NCBI RefSeq assembly: GCF_009914755.1
Contig: NC_060925.1
Source: the human T2T-CHM13v2.0 reference genome, Homo sapiens
DNA length: 64,000 nt
Strand: one strand, 5' to 3'
Shown: positions 56,346-64,000 of the stretch, in pieces
Layout: every line of letters starts with the position of its first letter
How positions within the stretch are numbered: position 1 is the stretch's first letter
Notes under the pieces: model-generated
Seen by the model: the letters and a program-made list of their open reading frames with translations, nothing else
What the model was told of the DNA's origin: nothing
The model's database searches: none
Position numbers and translations under genes: made by a program

Positions 56346-59213
56346 CCAGAGTAAGGAAATAAGTGGTACCCTTTAACTTACTAAAAAAGATGAGTAGAAA
56401 GAATTTTGGCTTTAGCCAAAAAGACAAAGGTTCAATTATAGGCCCTATCACTTAGGAATGTGTAACGCAGAGGCAAAGTTATTCACTAACTCTATGCTTC
56501 AAATTTTTTCAATGTGTAAAAATAATACCTTAATTTAGAAGTTTGTTGCAGAAATTAAATACACACACACCACACACACATAAACTTCCTGGCACCTAGG
56601 AAATGTTCAAAATTTGGTAGGTATTATTCAACGATTCAATAAATATTGTGTTTCAAAGGGTAATATTTTCTATATCATTTATTACTTATGGATATACTTA
56701 AAAAATGACTTGTTCTCTGCTATGTGTCATTTGTTTTTCAGACCTCAACAATGCATGCTTGGGATTCTTTTCCACTTCTATACTTTCTGCAATTCCTGTT
56801 TGTATGTAAGTAGATTTTATGAGGTTTTCTTTAACTTTGCTTTTGCTGTTTTGTTTTTCCACCTTTATTTGATATAAAAGTGGGCTTTAACAGCAACACA
56901 CATTGGCTATGTCACTGGCTTTGGCTAAAACATTTCTGCTAAACTGGACAATATATCCAGTTTAATCAACCACACTACCAGACAGATGTTTTTTATCTCT
57001 CACAATGGCTAACTCACTGCTGAACACTCCTTTATGAAATTTTTGAGTAAGTAAATAAAAACCTAGGGTATCTGATTAGAAATTTTGGTTATTAATGAAA
57101 TAAAGATATTTCTTCCCATCAAAAGTATCCCATTTCTTAATGAAACAGATCAACACTGAATGCTCCAGTCAATACTATCTACTCACCAAGCATTCTTCAA
57201 ATGGCACGTAACTGCTCTTTTGTTATACTTCCAGAATAATTTGCAACTGTACAGATACTTTAGTTAGCAATTAAATATCAGGTTGTCTGTCAGATACTTA
57301 GTTGAAGAGTACACTGCTTAACATCCCAGTGTTTGGGACAGATAAGAAAGAAAAGTCTTTACCTATTAATTAGTATAGAAAAAATATTTTTCAGGAATAC
57401 AATTTTGTGGAATAAAAAACATTTTGACAAAAAAGCTTAAGCATATACAATATTTAGTACTAGATGAGCATTATCTAATTGCAATCAGATACAATAATAA
57501 AACTAGTTCTTTTTTTCAGTAGATAAAAAGGAACAAGAAACTGATACTTGGAACAAATCAAATAAATCACGAAGCACAGAATTTTAAAAAGTACCATAAC
57601 AGCATTAATATGCAGAATGTATGCTAAGGTTTACAGTATAAATTTCACTATTCTAATGTTAAAATAGGGAACAGGCAGATTATTTCCATACAAAATAATC
57701 TCAGAACACAATGAAATTTACCAGTAAAATACATTTAAAGCATGATTGAATATAATCCCACATACTGAAATTTAGTTACAGATTTTTAAAGTTGAAATTT
57801 AAGATAAATAATAAATCCTTTAAAGAAGTCTATTAAAATGCAACGTAAAATTAAACGATTAAAATTATAAGGGAAGAAAAAAGCACTTTATGGCAAAATC
57901 AACCCAATAAAAAACATAAAGTTAATATATCTTAAAATGTAAATTCTAGTTTAAGTTAAAAGTAATCACTAATAACTCATTAATGATTACAACTCATTAA
58001 CTGTGGCAAAATAAACATCATAGGTTCTTGTTATGCGGAAATTTTATTTTTAACACAGCCTATAGAGTTGATCATCATACTATTATAAAATACTATTGAT
58101 TTTCAAGAAATAATATTAAAACCTACCGTTAAGTAGCTACCATTAGGTAGTAGGGAAAACACTGCAACACTTCGTTTTTATGAAAAGCACATGTTAGGAC
58201 ATCTTTCCTCATGTAGTAAGTTACTTTATAAAAGTAAAGGTCCATTTTAGGAGGATTACTACTTTTACATCACAAAGGCAAGAACTAGATTAATCACGGT
58301 GAGAATCAAGTTCAGTGATAGTCACAGCCTACTCAGGGAGCACATAGAGAAGCTTTCCATACATTTTCACAAGGTAAAAGGGCTAGGGGGACACAAGAAA
58401 GATCACTCTGCAGAATGGACCTTGAGTTTCGTTTGGCTCTGCCTTCGATTAACTGTCTGGCTTGGGCAGACAAGTCAGTTAACTTTCTGAGTTTTAGTGT
58501 CTTCCTCTGTCAAGTGCACTTGGGCTCTTCCGTGTTATCTACAAAGTTAGGAAGAGCTAAAGGCAGCCCTAGTTTTACTTTTTAAAAAATAATGACAGAA
58601 AAATACATAAGTTGCTATTCATCAGTGTACTGTTTCCAGAGCTGAATTCCTAAGTCTCTGAAGCATACCCAGTTAGGGTTATACCAGTGAAGATCCAGAT
58701 ACTATAGTCATAATGTCACTCTCTCCTCTCCCATTATTCCTCCACCTGCTCCTCCCCATCCTGCTTTATTCTCTCTTCTGGTGTGTTTTAAGAAGCAACG
58801 CCAGCAAACGGCTGCATACATTGTAAGCTTAAGGATTAAATCATTTTAAAATATGCATTTTCAATCAAATGTATCATCTGCTTCGCCAAATTCCTCCCAA
58901 ATGGCTGAATTTTCATTAAGAGAATAAAAATGAGTTAACAACTTCGGTAACAGAAATGTACTGGGCCAGTTGTTTTGTTTGTTTTACTTGCTTAAAAAAT
59001 AAACGGAAAGATGTATCCATTCCCTCAGGAACATAAATGCATTACCCGCCCAATGAAAAAACAATTCTGCTTGTTCATTTCCCTGACACAACAGCTTCGT
59101 TGTCAGGCCCTCTCTAGCCCAGGCTCCAACGTCACCTAGTAATTTTATATTGATCACCTTGGCAGTGCTTGGACTCCAGCAGGCATAGTCCCTGTCTTCC
59201 TTACATTCCTCAA

Positions 59214-59215
59214 AA

Positions 59216-59246
<31 letters not shown>

Positions 59247-59247
59247 A
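59214..59247. repeat. (AAAT)n microsatellite
   Basis: Read directly. Confidence 0.9.
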
Positions 59248-60064
59248 ACTCTACGAAACACCACCGAACAGAGATTCTGTGACTTAGTATACAAATCCCA
59301 CGTCTTCCCGCCCTGTGTTAGGCAGCTGCAAATGTTATTTTTTCATCGCTTGCATAAAATGGAAGCGAAACGTACCAAAACCCTACATCTGAATCCTAGG
59401 ACAATGAAGCCGACAGGAAGCCACTCTCTCCTCCCCCGGGTTTACTACAGAGCCAGAGCCTCCACGGGGTGCAGTCGCCAGGCAGGGTGCATGACACCGC
59501 GTCTTCCACGCCCTCCCAACGCGTCCAAAAGGTTGCTCGCCTGACCTCGCCAACCGCCTCACACCCCAAAACCAACCACACAAAAGGGATTGGCCCGGGG
59601 AGCTGCTCCAATGGGGGAAAAATCCCTTCCCCAGCGGCAGCGCAGCCATTCCCTCCAATGCTCCGCCCGCACCCCTCGCAAACTGCTACGGCGGAGGGGG
59701 GAGGGCTGCACAAAGCCAGTCGAAAGCTGAAAATGATTCAATGCACTTAGGGGATGCGGAGGCGGCAGCAAGGGGCTCGGGAAAGACGGGGGGCCGCAGG
59801 ACTGGAGCTCCGGGGGGCGGCGGGTGGGGGATGGGAAGGGTGGTCCCGTCAAGCCCCGGGTCCCAGGCGGGCAGAGGGTGGGGGTGGCGGCGCCGCGCGG
59901 AGCACCCGGGAAGCGCCCCCTTCGCGGTCCAGCCCCGCACCCCCGCCCCGCGGCGGGCGGCGCCCGAGTCCTCGCCGCAAACCCGAGGAGCAGGATGTGG
60001 AAAGCAGCCGCGGCGGTGGCTGCGGCTGCGGCGCCTACACCGAGCAGCCGATCGCATCACTTAC

Positions 60065-60350
60065 CCCTTACCGTGGAGAGAGGGACCGGACGGGGGAGGC
60101 GGGGCGCGTCGCGTCCCGTGAGTCTCTCGCACGCCGTCCTCCCCCCACCTCGTCGTCGTCGTCGTCGCCGCTGTTGTCGTCGCTGCCGCTGCGGTCGAGC
60201 TCCGGGGCCCTCAGCTCCGCTGGGCAATAACGTTATTCCACACACGCCCCACACATAGCGGTAACGGCAAAGACCGACTGCCTAGTGCGCAGGCGCCTCG
60301 GGAAAGGGCGAGGAGCCGGACCCTATCCCCTCCTGCCCAGTTCCAACGAT
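60065..60350 (-). other. CEP170: CEP170 non-coding exon 1 (5'UTR); TSS position approximate
   Basis: Lies in the CpG island. Two tandem consensus donors: ACG|gtaagg (exon end 60072) and GGG|gtaagt (exon end 60065). Exon 2 starts with an acceptor 41 nt before the ATG, so an upstream exon is required. Confidence 0.75.
60150..60167. repeat. (TCG)6 trinucleotide repeat in CEP170 exon 1
   Basis: Read directly; followed by degenerate ccg/ctg/ttg/tcg triplets. Confidence 0.9.
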
Positions 60351-60444
60351 CCCTTACTGCGCAGGCGCCACACACAGACAATGAAAAGGGGTTGTGCGAG
60401 GGTCTCACCCACACGCTTTTCCAGCTTGCCCACTGCGCAGGCGT
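60286..60444. promoter_or_regulatory. Three NRF1-type motifs TGCGCAGGCG(C/T)
   Basis: Copies start at 60286, 60358 and 60434. Confidence 0.7.
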
Positions 60445-60510
60445 GCCCCGAAAGACCAGCTTGAACAATGAAGAGGACCTCGGCGTTAGGTGGGACCGCA
60501 ACCAACAAGG

Positions 60511-61017
60511 ACTACAGTTCCCAGCGGGCAGAGCGCCAACTCCAAGTGAAGGTCCGGTTGCTGGGCATGCTAGGAGTTGTAGTGTCGGCCGCCTTTACAA
60601 TCTAGGCTGTTTGGAAGATTTAGAGCTTCTATTTCTTGAAGATTTATTCGACCGTTTTAAAAAATCTCGCAACTGAAGCAGGGTTCAGAGTTTACTATCT
60701 GCGTCCTTGAGTAGCCTGGGGATCAACTGCTGCATATTAGCAAATTTCGAAGCGTCAAGGCCTTCAGTGAGCCCTTTCTGTCATTTGGGTGGTCCAGGCA
60801 GCTGAAGAGTGGGATGGAGGCGGGACTAAACCAGGCTGGGCTGGAGGAAAAGGGCGGGGCCTGCAAGCCTGTCTCTTGGCAGCAGGCTCTGGCAGCCAAA
60901 CCGTCCAAGCTAGCGCCTGGAGCGCAGTGGTTTCTGGGAATTGTAGTGTAACTGGAAGGCCCTGAGGATTGTCGAGCTTGCAGGTTCTGAACGTGAGGAC
61001 TACAACTCCCGACGTGC
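60511..61017. promoter_or_regulatory. Four ZNF143(SBS)/THAP11-type ACTACAnnTCC motifs
   Basis: ACTACAGTTCCCAGC 60511(+); ACTACAACTCCTAGCATGC 60583-60565(-); ACTACAATTCCCAGAAA 60947-60931(-); ACTACAACTCCCGACGTGC 60999(+). Confidence 0.8.
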
Positions 61018-61198
61018 AAAGCGAGGGCCAGTGGGTGGGAAGAGCCCCCAAGAGCTCTGTGCGGGATTCTAGGCTCCCCTGTGACAGCCGCGGCAGGAAG
61101 CAGGCGGGCGCTCCCCGGCCACAGGCCTGTTGTTCTCGGAAGGGAGAAAGCAGGACATTTCCCCACGTAACTCCCAGCTCTGGGCCTAGAGTGCGTGC

Positions 61199-61265
61199 AT
61201 GGCGAAGTCCCCGGAGAACTCTACCCTGGAGGAGATTCTGGGGCAGTATCAACGGAGTCTCCGGG
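61199..61265 (+). CDS. SDCCAG8: SDCCAG8 (NPHP10/BBS16 centrosomal/ciliary protein) first coding exon
   Basis: ATG GCG AAG...= MAKSPENSTLEEILGQYQRSLR+G then |gtgagt donor; recognised N-terminus; divergent from CEP170. Confidence 0.93.
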
Positions 61266-63435
61266 GTGAGTTGCTCCAAACCTCTGTCCCTAGCCCCGAG
61301 GTGCCCAGGGCCTAGTGGGCGGGAGCAGACCAGGTGCGTTTCCTAACACCTGGGTTCTGCCCCGTCCACGCTACAGAGGAGCAAGATGGATGTTGCTGTG
61401 GTCTTGAGGAGGATGAAATAGTTTGATTTAGTTTTTACAGTTAAGCAACGATGTTTCCTCAGATTCCCGTAGTTACCTCAATCAACTCCTTGATCTTAAC
61501 TTGGCATCTTTCTCAACCGGCGACAGCAGAAACTCTTGGATAGCTCTATGCCATTTTTGTTCAGTTCCCATACGTTGCTATTTAATCCAATAAAAGTCTG
61601 ATTCACAGTTTTTACACATTTAAATTATGGCACAGTGGATTGAATGTGATTTATGGGATCAGTGGGGGGAAACACTAATAATTATTTTAATCACAAGAGC
61701 CCCCTTTTAATTGATTTAGGCTATTTACATACAGTAAATCATCTGCAGCTTACACCAATCGTGTGAATATTTTACACATGGGGAAAGCGAAGCTCAGAGA
61801 GGTTGAATTACAGGCCAGAGCCCACACAGCTGGTTAGTTGCAGAGCCAGGTATTATCAGGCTTGCCTTCAAAGCCTATGTTTGTATTTACTAATCAAGCC
61901 ATAATTACTATTATCAAAACCTTATTAATTTAGATTTTCTTACCACATTACCATATGAGCAAGTATCTGTACAAATAATGTCTGTATTTATTTTCCTTTA
62001 AGCTCTGTTGGACTTAATGTCTGTACTTTTAGATGGCGCTGTCAACTTGGACAGCATATATAACATCTAGAAATTTCGATTCTGTTATAATGGAAGTTAT
62101 GGAATTGTCCATAGGGTTATTGTGGGGAGCAAATGAAATAATCCCCATAAAGCAGTGATTTTAAGACTTCTTAAAATGTTTACCTATAGTAAGAAATAAA
62201 TTTTATATGGGACATATGTGTACATATAAACTATAAGTTTCACTGAAGAATTTTTATTCTACTAAATGTAATAAACTCTGCTTTCTATTCTGTTGCATTT
62301 TCATAAGCCTCTAGGTCATGACTGTTTGCGACATTGAGAATACTAAGTTATGAAGCATGTGTTGTTCTGCATAATATGCCTACTATGTGTCAGTGCCTCC
62401 TACTATGTGTTAAGCATACTAGGTGCTAGGCATGCAGTAAGGAACAAGACAAAGTTCCTATCCCCATGGAGCTTCTGGATTAGTTGGGGAGAAAGACAAA
62501 AAAAAAAAATAATTATAGATTACTATGATAGAAAGTAAGGGTAAAGATCAGTGCTTACTAGACAAGCACTCATTAAATGTTAATTGTTATTTATACTTGT
62601 TACTTAAAGCAAAGTGAAGGTTTTTCAATATTAGAAAGTTTATCTTCTCATGACTCTAGATTTTATAAGGGTTACTATGTATTGTTACATCTGTCAATTG
62701 TGTTAACAAACTGTCGACATTCTCAGTATTCAAACTGCAGGAGTAAAAAAATCGGTTTTAATGAACACCTTCCTCAACCTACTGATGTTTCAAGAGCTGT
62801 TAGATACAAAATAAGCACTTCTAACTTTTCATTTGGAAGCAAGAAAAATACTGTGCACAATGATATGAGTAATTGTAATTTTTAAGATTGGCAAAAATTT
62901 TTTGTTTTCATTGAAAGTTTTTCCTGATGCTTCTCTTCCTTTGACCTTATTTTAAGTCTTTATATAATTGTCGGAGGCTGTTTAACATTAGGCATTTTGA
63001 CGCAGTAAAGGGGTTCATTTTAAATTAATGTTATAGTAATATGTTTAATACTAGTGGTACTGCTTTCAATAATTACAGAATGAAGGGTTTTCATTTAAGG
63101 ATAATACATTTTAAAATTAGTTTGAAGTAAAATTTAAATTTAGTGTGATAACAATATAAGGTAGTGGAAACATTTCACCAAGAGCAAATACGAAGGATAG
63201 AAAAAGTTAAACAACTTAAAAAAAAACGTATTCATAATTTTAACAGTGAATCAGGAAATGTAACCTGAAATGTTTATGGGTTTTTCAGGACATATCATTT
63301 ATTTAGTAGCACTTTTATTTTTGTATGTTAGCTTATATAACAGCTTCTGGAAGGAAACAAAACAGAATTAACTCTGAACTTAAGTACAGTCAGAAGTTCT
63401 TCACAAATATAAATTGCTATTTTTGAGTAGTATAA

Positions 63436-63728
<293 letters not shown>

Positions 63729-64000
63729 GATAATTCCCTTTAAAGTAAAGTATTCTGTTCCTTAATAAACAATGCTGGAGTTATGTGGAAATTCCTTATT
63801 TTGAGTGTGCCTAATAATTTAAGAATTGTATTACTATGTAGTAAGATAAAATGCAGTTTAAAGTTCTATGTCTTATTTTGTTTTGGTTTTGTTGGTTTGT
63901 TTGGTTTTGTCTACCCACCATTACTTCCCCAAATGCCTTGCGTAGTTTATGATTAATGGAAGCCTAATAAACAGTCTTGGTCTTTCCTCACCGGTTTTTC

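Larger units (their letters stand above)
59420..61380. promoter_or_regulatory. CpG island / bidirectional promoter of CEP170 and SDCCAG8
   Basis: Sharp rise in GC and CpG content against an AT-rich background; first exons diverge from it; GC box GGGCGGGGC at 60852-60860. Confidence 0.92.

Noticed and set aside
60223-60444. Possible ~74-bp triplication suggested by NRF1 sites spaced 72 and 76 bp apart
   Set aside because: The intervening sequences align too poorly to support a repeat unit.
59131-60570. RFX X-box candidates (gtcacctagtaat; gttgctgggcatg), expected for ciliary genes
   Set aside because: Only partial matches to GTTNCC-N-RGNAAC; not supportable by eye.
59332-61346. Overlapping Arg/Pro/Gly-rich ORFs up to 171 aa on both strands
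   Set aside because: Expected from stop-codon scarcity in a CpG island. The real coding segment (SDCCAG8 61199-61265) is in another frame.

Overview
Primate, almost certainly human, genomic DNA. It matches the head-to-head CEP170 / SDCCAG8 locus (1q43 from recall). The minus strand carries the 5' part of CEP170: a non-coding exon 1 in a CpG island at ~60.1-60.4 kb and coding exons 2-7, which splice in frame into the N-terminal FHA-containing 210 codons. The plus strand carries the first coding exon of SDCCAG8 (MAKSPENSTLEEILGQYQRSLR) at 61199. The shared promoter holds four ZNF143/THAP11-type motifs and three NRF1-type motifs. CEP170 intron 4 is an 11-kb minor-spliceosome (U12) AT-AC intron. 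Inside it is an apparently non-repetitive, exon-shaped 306-nt segment with U2 splice sites that could only be used instead of exons 4+5. This is the most intriguing unexplained element, but it is speculative. Other leads are a candidate internal promoter in intron 1, an inverted-Alu-flanked exon 2-3 circle, 5'UTR uORFs and an AT-rich palindrome. The rest is intronic DNA rich in Alu, L1, L2, MIR, L3, hAT/Tigger elements and a MER11 solo LTR. Most entries in the ORF track are repeat-derived or chance ORFs. Repeat names are by eye and their boundaries are approximate.
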